A stretch of DNA of 64,000 nucleotides from Octopus sinensis. Taxonomy: Eukaryota. Of this stretch, positions 24,494 through 39,069 are shown piece by piece. Numbering within the stretch: position 1 is the stretch's first letter; every line of letters begins with the position of its first letter. The stretch spans positions 39,494,001 through 39,558,000 of the forward strand of contig NC_042997.1 in assembly GCF_006345805.1 (NCBI RefSeq), in the 5' to 3' direction. Under the pieces are notes generated by a model. That model worked only from the letters and a program-made list of their open reading frames with translations. It ran no database searches and was not told where the DNA came from. A program made the position numbers and the translations under genes.

Positions 24494-27400
24494 TATAGGC
24501 ACTTCTGTCCATGCTAACGTCTGCTCTATAGGCACTTCTGTCCATGCTAACGTCTGTTCTATAGGCACTTCTGTCCATGCTAACGTCTGTTCTATAGGCA
24601 CTTCTGTCCATGCTAACGTCTGTTCTATAGGCACTTCTGTTCACGATAACGTCTGTTCTATAGGCACTTCTGTCCACGCTAACGTCTGTTCTATAGGCAC
24701 TTCTGTCCACGCTAACGTCTGTTCTATAGGCACTTCTGTCCACGCTAACGTCTGTTCTATAGGCACTTCTGTCCACGCTAACGTCTGTTCTATAGGCACT
24801 TCTGTCCACGCTAACGTCTGTTCTATAGGCACTTCTGTCCATGCTAACGTCTGTTCTATAGGCACTTCTGTCCATGCTAACGTCTGTTCTATAGGTACTT
24901 CTGTTCACGCTAACGTCTGTTCTATAGGCACTCCTGTCCACGCTAACGTCTGTTCTATAGGCACTTCTGTCCACGCTAACGTCTGTTCTATAGGCACTTC
25001 TGTCCACGCTAACGTCTGTTCTGTAGGCACTTCTGTCCACGCTAACGTCTGTTCTGTAGGCACTTCTGTCCATGCTAACGTCTGTTCTGTAGGCACTTCT
25101 GTCCATGCTAACGTCTGTTCTATAGGCACTTCTGTCCATGCTAACGTCTGTTCTATAGGCACTTCTGTCCATGCTAACGTCTGTTCTATAGGCAATTCTG
25201 TCCATGCTAACGTCTGTTCTATAGGCACTTCTGTCCATGCTAACGTCTGTTCTATAGGCACTTCTGTCCATGCTAACGTCTGTTCTATAGGCACTTCTGT
25301 CCATGCTAACGTCTGTTCTATAGGCACTTCTGCTCACGCTAATGTCTGTTCTATAGGCACTTCTGCTCACGCTAATGTCCGTTCTATAGGCACTTCTGTC
25401 CATGCTAATGTCCGTTCTATAGGCACTTCTGTCCATGCTAACGTCTGTTCTATAGGCACTTCTGTCCATGCTAACGTCTGTTCTATAGGCACTTCTGTCC
25501 ATGCTAACGTCTGTTCTATAGGCACTTCTGTCCATGCTAACGTCTGTTCTATAGGCACTTCTGTCCATGCTAACGTCTGTTCTATAGGCACTTCTGTCCA
25601 TGCTAACGTCTGTTCTATAGGCACTTCTGTCCATGCTAACGTCTGTTCTATAGGCACTTCTGTCCATGCTAACGTCTGTTCTATAGGCACTTCTGTCCAT
25701 GCTAACGTCTGTTCTATAGGCACTTCTGTCCATGCTAACGTATGTTCTATAGGCACTTCTGTCCATGCTAACGTCTGTTCTATAGGCACTTCTGCCCATG
25801 CTAACGTCTGTTCTATAGGCACTTCTGTCCATGCTAACGTCTGTTCTATAGGCACTTCTGTCCATGCTAACGTCTGTTCTATAGGCACTTCTGTCCATGC
25901 TAACGTCTGTTCTATAGGCACTTCTGTCCATGCTAACGTCTGTTCTATAGGCACTTCTGTCCATGCTAACGTCTGTCTATAGGCACTTCTGTCCATGCTA
26001 ACGTCTGTTCTATAGGCACTTCTGTCCATGCTAACGTCTGTTCTATAGGCACTTCTGTCCATGCTAACGTCTGTTCTATAGGCACTTCTGTCCATGCTAA
26101 CGTCTGTTCTATAGGCACTTCTGTCCATGCTAACGTCTGTTCTATAGGCACTTCTGCCCATGCTAACGTCTGTTCTATAGGCACTTCTGTCCATGCTAAC
26201 GTCTGTTCTATAGGTACTTCTGTCCACGCTAACGTCTGTTCTATAGGCACTTCTGTCCACGCTAACGTCTGTTCTATAGTAGCTTCTGTCCACGCTAACG
26301 TCTGTTCTATAGTCACTTCTGTCCACGCTAACGTCTGTTCTATAGGCACTTCTGTCCACGCTAACGTCTGTTCTATAGGCACTTCTGTCCATGCTAACGT
26401 CTGTTCTGTAGGCACTTCTGTCCATGCTAACGTCTGTTCTGTAGGCACTTCTGTCCATGCTAACGTCTGTTCTATAGGCACTTCTGTCCATGCTAACGTC
26501 TGTTCTATAGGCACTTCTGTCCATGCTAACGTCTGTTCTATAGGCACTTCTGTCCATGCTAACGTCTGTTCTAGAGGCACTCCATGTCCTGCTAACGTCT
26601 GTTCTATAGGCACTTCTGTCCATGCTAACGTCTGTTCTATAGGCACTTCTGTCCATGCTAACGTCTGTTCTATAGGCACTTCTGTCCATGCTAACGTCTG
26701 TTCTATAGGCACTTCTGTCCATGCTAACGTCTGTTCTATAGGCACTTCTGTCCATGCTAACGTCTGTTCTATAGGCACTTCTGTCCATGCTAACGTCTGT
26801 TCTATAGGCACTTCTGTCCATGCTAACGTCTGTTCTATAGGCACTTCTGTCCACGCTAACGTCTGTTCTATAGGCACTTCTGTCCACGCTAACGTCAGTT
26901 CTATAGGCACTTCTGGCCATGCTAACGTCTGTTCTATAGGCACTTCTGTCCATGCTAACGTCTGTTCTATAGGCACTTCTGTCCATGCTAACGTCTGTTC
27001 TATAGGCACTTCTGTCCATGCTAACGTCTGTTCTATAGGCACTTCTGTCCATGCTAACGTCTGTTCTATAGGCACTTCTGTCCATGCTAACGTCTTTTCT
27101 ATAGGCACTTGTCCATGCTAACGTCTGTTCTATAGGCACTTGTCCATGCTAACGTCTGTTCTATAGGCACTTCTGTCCACGCTAACGTCTGTTCTATAGG
27201 CACTTTTGTCCACGCTAACGTCTGTTCTATAGGCACTTTTGTCCACGCTAACGTCTGTTCTATAGGCACTTCTGTCCACGCTAACGTCTGTTCTATAGGC
27301 ACTTCTGCTCACGCTAACGTCTGTTCTATAGGCACTTCTGCTCACGCTAACGTCTGTTCTATAGGCACTTCTGCTCACGCTAACGTCTGTTCTATAGGCA

Positions 27401-30400
27401 CTTCTGCTCACGCTAACGTCTGTTCTATAGGCACTTCTGCTCACGCTAACGTCTGTTCTATAGGCACTTCTGTCCACGCTAACGTCTGTTCTATAGGCAC
27501 TTCTGTCCACGCTAACGTCTGTTCTATAGGCACTTCTGCTCACGCTAACGTCTGTTCTATAGGCACTTCTGCCCACGCTAACGTCTGTTCTATAGGCACT
27601 TCTGTCCACGCTAACGTCTGTTCTATAGGCACTTCTGTCCATGCTAACGTCTGTTCTATAGGCACTTCTGTCCATGCTAACGTCTGTTCTATAGGCACTT
27701 CTGTCCATGCTAACGTCTGTTCTATAGGCACTTCTGTCCATGCTAACGTCTGTTCTATAGGCACTTCTGTCCATGCTAACGTCTGTTCTATAGGCACTTC
27801 TGTCCATGCTAACGTCTGTTCTATAGGCACTTCTGTCCATGCTAACGTCTGTTCTATAGGCACTTCTGTCCACGCTAACGTCTGTTCTATAGGCACTTCT
27901 GTCCACGCTAACGTCTGTTCTATAGGCACTTCTGTCCACGCTAACGTCTGTTCTATAGGCACTTCTGTCCACGCTAACGTCTGTTCTATAGGCACTTCTG
28001 TCCACGCTAACGTCTGTTCTATAGGCACTTCTGTCCACGCTGACGTCTGTTCTATAGGCACTTCTGGCCATGCTAACGTCTGTTCTATAGGCACTTCTGT
28101 CCATGCTAACGTCTGTTCTATAGGCACTTCTGTCCATGCTAACGTCTGTTCTATAGGCACTTCTGTCCATGCTAACGTCTGTTCTATAGGCACTTCTGTC
28201 CGTGCTGACGTCTGTTCTATAGGCACTTCTGTCCATGCTAACGTCTTTTCTATAGGCACTTGTCCATGCTAACGTCTGTTCTATAGGCACTTGTCCATGC
28301 AAACGTCTGTTCTATAGGCACTTCTGTCCACGCTAACGTCTGTTCTATAGGCACTTCTGTCCACGCTAACGTCTGTTCTATAGGCACTTCTGTCCACGCT
28401 AACGTCTGTTCTATAGGCACTTCTGTCCACGCTAACGTCTGTTCTATAGGCACTTCTGCTAACGCTAACGTCTGTTCTATAGGCACTTCTGCTCACGCTA
28501 ACGTCTGTTCTATAGGCAATTCTGCTCACGCTAACGTCTGTTTTATAGGCACATCTGCTCACGCTAACGTCTGTTCTATAGGCACTTCTGTCCACGCTAA
28601 CGTCTGTTCTATAGGCACTTCTGCTCACGCTAACGTCTGTTCTATAGGCACTTCTGCTCACGCTAACGTCTGTTCTATAGGCACTTCTGCTCACGCTAAC
28701 GTCTGTTCTATAGGCACTTCTGCTCACGCTAACGTTTGTTCTATAGGCACTTCTGTCCACGCTAACGTTTGTTCTATAGGCACTTCTGTCCACGCTAACG
28801 TCTGTTCTATAGGCACTTCTGTCCACGCTAACGTCTGTTCTATAGGCACTTCTGTCCACGCTAACGTCTGTTCTATAGGCACTTCTGTCCACGATAACGT
28901 CTGTTCTATAGGCACTTCTGTCCACGCTAACGTCTGTTCTATAGGCACTTCTGTCCACGCTAACGTCTGTTCTATAGGCACTTCTGTCCACGCTAACGTC
29001 TGTTCTATAGGCAATTCTGTCCACGCTAACGTCTGTTCTATAGGCACTTCTGTCCACGCTAACGTCTGTTCTATAGGCACTTCTGTCCACGCTAACGTCT
29101 GTTCTATAGGCACTTCTGTCCACGCTAACGTCTGTTTAATAGGCACTTCTGTCCACGCTAACGTCTGTTCTATAGGCACTTCTGTCCATGCTAACGTCTG
29201 TTCTATAGGCACTTCTGTCCATGCTAACGTCTGTTCTATAGGCACTTCTGTCCATGCTAACGTCTGTTAGATAGGCACTTCTGTCCATGCTAACGTCTGT
29301 TCTATAGGCACTTCTGTCCATGCTAACGTCTGTTCTATAGGCACTTCTGTCCATGCTAACGTCTGTTCTATAGGCACTTCTGACCATGCTAACGTCTGTT
29401 CTATAGGCACTTCTGTCCATGCTAACGTCTGTTCTATAGGCACTTCTGTCCATGCTAACGTCTGTTCTATAGGCACTTCTGTCCATGCTAACGTCTGTTC
29501 TATAGGCACCTCTGTCCATGCTAACGTCTGTTCTATAGGCACTTCTGTCCATGCTAACGTCTGTTCTATAGGCACTTCTGTCCATGCTAACGTCTGTTCT
29601 ATAGGCATTTCTGTCCATGCTAACGTCTGGTCTATAGGCACTTCTGTCCACGCTAACGTCTGTTCTATAGGCACTTCTGTCCACGCTAACGTCTGTTCTA
29701 TAGGCACTTCTGTCCATGCTAACGTCTATTCTATAGGCACTTCTGTCCATGCTAACGTCTGTTCTATAGGCACTTCTGTCCATGCTAACGTCTTTTCGAT
29801 AGGCACTTGTCCATGCTAACGTCTGTTCTATAGGCACTTGTCCATGCTAACGTCTGTTATAGGCACTTCTGTCCACGCTAACGTCTGTTCTATAGGCACT
29901 TCTGTCCACGCTAACGTCTGTTCTATAGGCACTTCTGTCCACGCTAACGTCTGTTCTATAGGCACTTCTGTCCACGCTAACGTGTTCTATAGGCACTTTG
30001 CTGACGCTAACGTCTGTTCTATAGGCACTTCTGCTGACGCTAACGTTGTTCTATAGGCACTTCTGCTCACGCTAACGTCTGTTCTATAGGCACTTCTGCT
30101 CACGCTAACGTCTGTTCTATAGGCACTTCTGCTCACGCTAACGTCTGTTCTATAGGCACTTCTGTCCACGCTTACGTCTGTTCTATAGGCACTTCTGTCC
30201 ACGCTCGTCTGTTCTATAGGCACTTCTGCTCACGCTAACGTCTGTTCTATAGGCACTTGTGCCCACGCTAACGTCTGTTCTATAGCACTTCTGTCCACGC
30301 TAACGTCTGTTCTATAGCACTTTGTCCACGCTAACGTCTGTTCTATAGGCACTTCTGTCCACGCTAACGTCTGTTCTATAGGCACTTCTGTCCACGCTAA

Positions 30401-33400
30401 CGTCTGTTCTATAGGCACTTCTGTCCGCGCTAACGTCTGTTCTATAGCACTTCTGTCCACGCTAACGCCTTTTCTATTAGGCACTTCTGTCCACGCTACG
30501 TCTGTTCTCTATATGCACTTCTGTCCATGCTAACGTTGTTCTATAGGCACTTCTGTCCATGCTAACGTCTGTTCTATAGGCACTTCTGTCCATGCTAACG
30601 TCTGTTCTATAGGCACTTCTGTCCATGCTAACGTCTGTTCTTAGGCACTTCTGTCCATGCTAACATCTGTTCTATAGGCACTTCTGTCCATGCTAACGTC
30701 TGTTCTATAGGCACTTTGTCCCTGTACCGGTCTGTTCTATAGGCACTTCTGTCCATGCTAACGTCTGTTCTTAGGCACTTCTGTCCATGCTAACGTCTGT
30801 TCTATAGGCACTTCTGTCCATGCTAACGTCTGTTCTATAGGCACTTCTGTCCATGCTAACGTCTGTTCTATAGGCACTTCTGTCCATGCTAACGTCTGTC
30901 TATAGGCACTTCTGTCCATGCTAACGTCTGTTCTATAGGCACTTCTGTCCACGCTAACGTCTGTTCTATAGGCACTTCTGTCCACGCTAACGTCTGTTCT
31001 ATAGGTACTTCTGTCCACGCTAACGTCTGTTCTATAGGCACTTCTGTCCACGCTAACGTCTGTTCTATAGGCACTTCTATCCACGCTAACGTCTGTTCTA
31101 TAGGCGCTTCTGTCCACGCTAACGTCTGTTCTATAGGCACTTCTGTCCACGCTGACGTCTGTTCTATAGGCACTTCTGGCCATGCTAACGTCTGTTCTAT
31201 AGGCACTTCTGTCCATGCTAACGTCTGTTCTATAGGCACTTCTGTCCATGCTAACGTCTGTTCTATATGCACTTCTGTCCATGCTAACGTCTGTTCTATA
31301 GGCACTTCTGTCCATAACGTCTTTTCTATAGGCACTTCTGTCCATGCTAACGTCTTTTCTATAGGCACTTGTCCATGCTAACGTCTGTTCTATAGGCACT
31401 TGTCCATGCTAACGTCTGTTCTATAGGCACTTGTCCATGCTAACGTCTGTTCTATAGGCACTTCTGTCCACGCTAACGTCTGTTCTATAGGCACTTCTGT
31501 CCACGCTAACGTCTGTTCTATAGGCACTTCTGTCCACGCTAACGTCTGTTCTATAGGCACTTCTGTCCACGCTAACGTCTGTTCTATAGCACTTCTGCTC
31601 ACGCTAACGTCTTTTCTATAGGCACTTCTGCTCCGCTAACGTCTGTCCTATAGGCACTTCTGCTCACGCTAACGTCTGTTCTATAGGCACTTCTGCTCAC
31701 GCTAACGTCTGTTCTATAGGCACTTCTGCTCACGCTAACGTCTGTTCTATAGCACTTCTGTCCACGCTAACGTCTGTTCTATAGGCAACTTCTGTCCACG
31801 CTGACGTCTGTTCTATAGGCACTTCTGCTCACGCTAACGTCTGTTCTATAGGCACTTCTGCCCACGCTAACGTCTGTCTATAGGCACTTCTGTCCACGCT
31901 AACGTCTGTTCTATAGGCACTTCTGTCCACGCTAACGTCTGTTCTATAGGCACTTCTGTCCACGCTAACGTCTGTTCTATAGGCACTTCTGTCCACGCTA
32001 ACGTCTGTTCTATAGGCAATTCTGTCCACGCTAACGTCTGTTCTATAGGCACTTCTGTCCACGCTAACGTCTGTTTAATAGGCACTTCTGTCCATGCTAA
32101 CGTCTGTTCTATAGGCACTTCTGTCCATGTTAACGTCTGTTCTATAGGCACTTCTGTCCATGCTAACGTCTGTTCTATAGGCACTTCTGTCCATGCTAAC
32201 GTCTGTTCTATAGGCACTTCTGTTCATGCTAATGTCTGTTCTATAGGCACTTCTGTCCATGCTAACGTCTGTTCTATAGGCACTTCTGTCCATGCTAACG
32301 TCTTTTCTATAGGCACTTCTGTCCATGCTAACGTCTGTTCTATAGGCACTTCTGTCCATGCTAACGTCTGTTCTATAGGCACTTCTGTCCATGCTAACGT
32401 CTGTTCTATAGGCACTTCTGTCCATGCTAACGTCTGTTCTATAGGCACCTCTGTCCATGCTAACGTCTGTTCTATAGGCACTTCTGTCCATGCTAACGTC
32501 TTTTCTATAGGCACTTCTGTCCATGCTAACGTCTGTTCTATAGGCATTTCTGTCCATGCTAACGTCTGTTCTATAGGCACTTCTGTCCATGCTAACGTCT
32601 GTTCTATAGGCACTTCTGTCCATGCTAACGTCTGTTCTATAGGCACTTCTGTCCATGCTAACGTCTGTTCTATAGGCACTTCTGTCCATGCTAACGTCTG
32701 TTCTATAGGCACTTCTGTCCATGCTAACGTCTGTTCTATAGGCACTTCTGTCCACGCTAACGTCTGTTCTATAGGCACTTCTGTCCGCGCTAACGTCTGT
32801 TCTATAGGCACTTCTGTCCACGCTAACGTCTGTTCTATAGGCACTTCTGTCCACGCTAACGTCTGTTCTATAGGCACTTCTGTCCACGCTAACGTCTGTT
32901 CTATAGGCACTTCTGTCCACGCTGACGTCTGTTCTATAGGCACTTCTGCCATGCTAACGTCTGTTCTATAGGCACTTCTGTCCATGCTAACGTCTGTTCT
33001 ATAGGCACTTCTGTCCATGCTAACGTCTGTTCTATAGGCACTTCTGTCCATGCTAACGTCTGTTCTATAGGCACTTCTGTCCATGCTAACGTCTGTTCTA
33101 TAGGCACTTCTGTCCACGCTAACGTCTGTTCTATAGGTACTTCTGTCCGCGCTAACGTCCTGTTCTATAGGCACTTCTGTCCACGCTAACGTCTGTTCTA
33201 TAGGCACTTCTGTCCACGCTAACGTCTGTTCTATAGGCACTTCTGTCCACGCTAACGTCTGTTCTATAGGCACTTCTGCCACGCTAACGTCTGTTTAATA
33301 GGCACTTCTGTCCATGCTAACGTCTGTTCTATAGGCACTTCTGTCCATGTTAACGTCTGTTCTATAGGCACTTCTGTCCATGCTAACGTCTGTTCTATAG

Positions 33401-36400
33401 GCACTTCTGTCCATGCTAACGTCTGTTCTATAGGCACTTCTGTCATGCTAATGTCTGTTCTATAGGCACTTCTGTCCATGCTAACGTCTGTTCTATAGGC
33501 ACTTCTGTCCATGCTAACGTCTTTTCTATAGGCACTTCTGTCCATGCTAACGTCTGTTCTATAGGCACTTCTGTCCATGCTAACGTCTGTTCTATAGGCA
33601 CTTCTGTCCATGCTAACGTCTGTTCTATAGGCACTTCTGTCCATGCTAACGTCTGTTCTATAGGCACCTCTGTCCATGCTAACGTCTGTTCTATAGGCAC
33701 TTCTGTCCATGCTAACGTCTGTTCTATAGGCACTTCTGTCCATGCTAACGTCTGTTCTATAGGCATTTCTGTCCATGCTAACGTCTGTTCTATAGGCACT
33801 TCTGTCCATGCTAACGTCTGTTCTATAGGCACTTCTGTCCATGCTAACGTCTGTTCTATAGGCACTTCTGTCCATGCTAACGTCTGTTCTATAGGCACTT
33901 CTGTCCATGCTAACGTCTGTTCTATAGGCACTTCTGTCCATGCTAACGTCTGTTCTATAGGCACTTCTGTCCACGCTAACGTCTGTTCTATAGGTACTTC
34001 TGTCCGCGCTCGCGCTAACGTCTGTTCTATAGCACTTCTGTCCACGCTAACGTCTGTTCTATAGGCACTTCTGTCCACGCTAACGTCTGTTCTATAGGCA
34101 CTTCTGTCCACGCTAACGTCTGTTCTATAGGCACTTCTGTCCACGCTGACGTCTGTTCTATAGGAACTTCTGGCCATGCTAACGTCTGTTCTATAGGCAC
34201 TTCTGTCCATGCTAACGTCTGTTCTATAGGCACTTCTGTCCATGCTAACGTCTGTTCTATAGGCACTTCTGTCCATGCTAACGTCTGTTCTATAGGCACT
34301 TCTGTCCATGCTAACGTCTGTTCTATAGGCACTTCTGTCCACGCTAACGTCTGTTCTATAGGTACTTCTGTCCGCGCTAACGTCTGTTCTATAGGCACTT
34401 CTGTCCACGCTAACGTCTGTTCTATAGGCACTTCTGTCCACGCTAACGTCTGTTCTATAGGCACTTCTGTCCACGCTAACGTCTGTTCTATAGGCACTTC
34501 TGTCCACGCTGACGTCTGTTCTATAGGCACTTCTGGCCATGCTAACGTCTGTTCTATAGGCACTTCTGTCCATGCTAACGTCTGTTCTATAGGCATTTCT
34601 GTCCATGCTAACGTCTGTTCTATAGGCACTTCTGTCCATGCTAACGTCTGTTCTATAGGCACTTCTGGCCATGCTAACGTCTGTTCTATAGGCACTTCTG
34701 TCCATGCTAACGTCTTTTTGATAGGCACTTGTCCATGCTAACGTCTGTTCTATAGGCACTTGTCCATGCTAACGTCTGTTCTATAGGCACTTCTGTCCAC
34801 GCTAACGTCTGTTCTATAGGCACTTCTGTCCACGCTAACGTCTGTTCTATAGGCACTTCTGTCCACGCTAACGTCTGTTCTATAGGCACTTCTGTCCACG
34901 CTAACGTCTGTTCTATAGGCACTTCTGCTGACGCTAACGTCTGTTCTATAGGCACTTCTGCTGACGCTAACGTCTGTTCTATAGGCACTTCTGCTCACGC
35001 TAACGTCTGTTCTATAGGCACTTCTGTCCACGCTAACGTCTGTTCTATAGGCACTTCTGCTCACGCTAACGTCTGTTCTATAGGCACTTCTGTCCACGCT
35101 AACGTCTGTTCTATAGGCACTTCTGCTCACGCTAACGTCTGTTCTATAGGCACTTCTGCTCACGCTAACGTCTGTTCTATAGGCACTTCTGCTCACGCTA
35201 ACGTCTGTTCTATAGGCACTTCTGCTCACGCTAACGTCTGTTCTATTGGCACTTCTGTCCACGCTAACGTCTGTTCTATAGGCACTTCTGCTCACGCTAA
35301 CGTCTGTTCTATAGGCACTTCTGCTCACGCTAACGTCTGTTCTATAGGCACTTCTGCCCACGCTAACGTCTGTTCTATAGGCACTTCTGTCCACGCTAAC
35401 GTCTGTTCTATAGGCACTTCTGTCCACGCTTATGTCTGTTCTATAGGCACTTCTGTCCACGCTAACGTCTGTTCTATAGGCACTTCTGTCCACGCTAACG
35501 TCTGTTCTATAGGCAATTCTGTCCACGCTAACGTCTGTTCTATAGGCACTTCTGTCCACGCTAACGTCTGTTCTATAGGCACTTCTGTCCACGCTAACGT
35601 CTGTTCTATAGGCACTTCTGTCCACGCTAACGTCTGTTCTATAGGCACTTCTGTCCACGCTAACGTCTGTTCTATAGGCACTTCTGTCCACGCTAACGTC
35701 TGTTTAATAGGCACTTCTGTCCATGCTAACGTCTGTTCTATAGGCACTTCTGTCCATGTTAACGTCTGTTCTATAGGCACTTCTGTCCATGTAACGTCTG
35801 TTCTATAGGCACTTCTGTCCATGCTAACGTCTGTTCTATAGGCACTTCTGTTCATGCTAATGTCTGTTCTATAGGCACTTCTGTCCATGCTAACGTCTGT
35901 TCTATAGGCACTTCTGTCCATGCTAACGTCTTTTCTATAGGCACTTCTGTCCATGCTAACGTCTGTTCTATAGGCACTTCTGTCCATGCTAACGTCTGTT
36001 CTATAGGCACTTCTGTCCATGCTAACGTCTGTTCTATAGGCACTTCTGTCCATGCTAACGTCTGTTCTATAGGCACCTCTGTCCATGCTAACGTCTGTTC
36101 TATAGGCACTTCTGTCCATGCTAACGTCTGTTCTATAGGCACTTCTGTCCATGCTAACGTCTGTTCTATAGGCATTTCTGTCCATGCTAACGTCTGTTCT
36201 ATAGGCACTTCTGTCCATGCTAACGTCTGTTCTATAGGCACTTCTGTCCATGCTAACGTCTGTTCTATAGGCACTTCTGTCCATGCTAACGTCTGTTCTA
36301 TAGGCACTTCTGTCCATGCTAACGTCTGTTCTATAGGCACTTCTGTCCATGCTAACGTCTGTTCTATAGGCACTTCTGTCCATGCTAACGTCTGTTCTAT

Positions 36401-39069
36401 AGACACTTCTGTCCATGCTAATGTCTGTTCTATAGGCACTTCTGTTCGCGCTAACTTCTGTTCTATAGGCACTTCTGTCCACGCTAACGTCTGTTCTATA
36501 GGCACTTCCGTCCACGCTAACGTCTGTTCTATAGGTACTTCTGTCCACGCCACGCTAACGTCTGTTCTATAGGCACTTCTGTCCACGCTAACGTCTGTTC
36601 TATAGGCACTTCTATCCACGCTAACGTCTGTTCTATAGGCACTTCTGTCCACGCTAACGTCTGTTCTATAGGCACTTCTGTCCACGCTGACGTCTGTTCT
36701 ATAGGCACTTCTGGCCATGCTAACGTCTGTTCTATAGGCACTTCTGTCCATGCTAACGTCTGTTCTATAGGCACTTCTGTCCATGCTAACGTCTGTTCTA
36801 TAGGCACTTCTGTCCATGCTAACGTCTGTTCTATAGGCACTTCTGTCCATGCTAACGTCTGTTCTATAGGCACTTCTGTCCATGCTAACGTCTGTTCTAT
36901 AGACACTTCTGTCCATGCTAATGTCTGTTCTATAGGCACTTCTGTTCGCGCTAACTTCTGTTCTATAGGCACTTCTGTCCACGCTAACGTCTGTTCTATA
37001 GGCACTTCCGTCCACGCTAACGTCTGTTCTATAGGTACTTCTGTCCACGCTAACGTCTGTTCTATAGGCACTTCTGTCCACGCTAACGTCTGTTCTATAG
37101 GCACTTCTATCCACGCTAACGTCTGTTCTATAGCACTTCTGTCCACGCTAACGTCTTTTCTATAGGCACTTCTGTCCACGCTGACGTCTGTTCTATAGGC
37201 ACTTCTGGCCATGCTAACGTCTGTTCTATAGGCACTTCTGTCCATGCTAACGTCTGTTCTATAGGCACTTCTGTCCATGCTAACGTCTGTTCTATAGGCA
37301 CTTCTGTCCATGCTAACGTCTGTTCTATAGGCACTTCTGTCCATGCTAACGTCTGTTCTATAGGCACTTCTGTCCATGCTAACGTCTTTTCTATAGGCAC
37401 TTGTCCATGCTAACGTCTGTTCTATAGGCACTTGTCCATGCTAACGTCTGTTCTATAGGCACTTCTGTCCACGCTAACGTCTGTTCTATAGGCACTTCTG
37501 TCCACGCTAACGTCTGTTCTATAGGCACTTCTGTCCACGCTAACGTCTGTTCTATAGGCACTTCTGTCCACGCTAACGTCTGTTCTATAGGCACTTCTGC
37601 TCACGCTAACGTCTGTTCTATAGGCACTTCTGCTCACGCTAACGTCTGTTCTATAGGCACTTCTGCTCACGCTAACGTCTGTTCTATAGGCACTTGTGCC
37701 CACGCTAACGTCTGTTCTATAGGCACTTCTGTCCACGCTAATGTCTGTTCTATAGGCACTTCTGTCCACGCTAACGTCTGTTCTATAGGCACTTCTGTCC
37801 ACGCTAACGTCTGTTCTATAGGCACTTCTGTCCACGCTAACGTCTGTTCTATAGGCACTTCTGTCCGCGCTAACGTCTGTTCTATAGGCACTTCTGTCCA
37901 CGCTAACGTCTGTTCTATAGGCACTTCTGTCCACGCTAACGTCTGTTCTATAGGCACTTCTGTCCATGCTAACGTCTGTTCTATAGGCACTTCTGTCCAT
38001 GCTAACGTCTGTTCTATAGGCACTTCTGTCCATGCTAACGTCTGTTCTATAGGCACTTCTGTCCACGCTAACGTCTGTTCTATAGGCACTTCTGTCCACG
38101 CTAACGTCTGTTCTATAGGCACTTCTGTCCACGCTAACGTCTGTTCTATAGGCACTTCTGTCCACGCTAACGTCTGTTCTATAGGCACTTCTGTCCACGC
38201 TAACGTCTGTTTAATAGGCACTTCTGTCCATGCTAACGTCTGTTCTATAGGCACTTCTGTCCATGTTAACGTCTGTTCTATAGGCACTTCTGTCCATGCT
38301 AACGTCTGTTCTATAGGCACTTCTGTCCATGCTAACGTCTGTTCTATAGGCACTTCTGTTCATGCTAATGTCTGTTCTATAGGCACTTCTGTCCATGCTA
38401 ACGTCTGTTCTATAGGCACTTCTGTCCATGCTAACGTCTTTTCTATAGGCACTTCTGTCCATGCTAACGTCTGTTCTATAGGCACTTCTGTCCATGCTAA
38501 CGTCTGTTCTATAGGCACTTCTGTCCATGCTAACGTCTGTTCTATAGGCACTTCTGTCCATGCTAACGTCTGTTCTATAGGCACCTCTGTCCATGCTAAC
38601 GTCTGTTCTATAGGCACTTCTGTCCATGCTAACGTCTGTTCTATAGGCACTTCTGTCCATGCTAACGTCTGTTCTATAGGCATTCTGTCCATGCTAACGT
38701 CTGTTCTATAGGCACTTCTGTCCATGCTAACGTCTGTTCTATAGGCACTTCTGTCCATGCTAACGTCTGTTCTATAGGCACTTCTGTTTATGCTAACGTC
38801 TGTTCTATAGGCACTTCTGTCCATGCTAACGTCTGTTCTATAGGCACTTCTGTCCATGCTAACGTCTGTTCTATAGGCACTTCTGTCCATGCTAACGTCT
38901 GTTCTATAGGCACTTCTGTCCATGCTAATGTCTGTTCTATAGACACTTCTGTCCATGCTAATGTCTGTTCTATAGGCACTTCTGTTCGCGCTAACTTCTG
39001 TTCTATAGGCACTTCTGTCCATGCTAACGTCTGTTCTATAGGCACTTCCGTCCATGCTAATGTCTGTTC
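24474..39069. repeat. 33-bp tandem satellite/minisatellite array, about 440 copies, 14.6 kb
   Basis: Unit GTCCAYGCTAACGTCTGTTCTATAGGCACTTCT read directly. Recurrent variant units define higher-order blocks. Confidence 0.98.

Noticed and set aside
24474-39069. CRISPR array
   Set aside because: Head-to-tail 33-bp units with no unique spacers, no cas genes, and a eukaryotic context.
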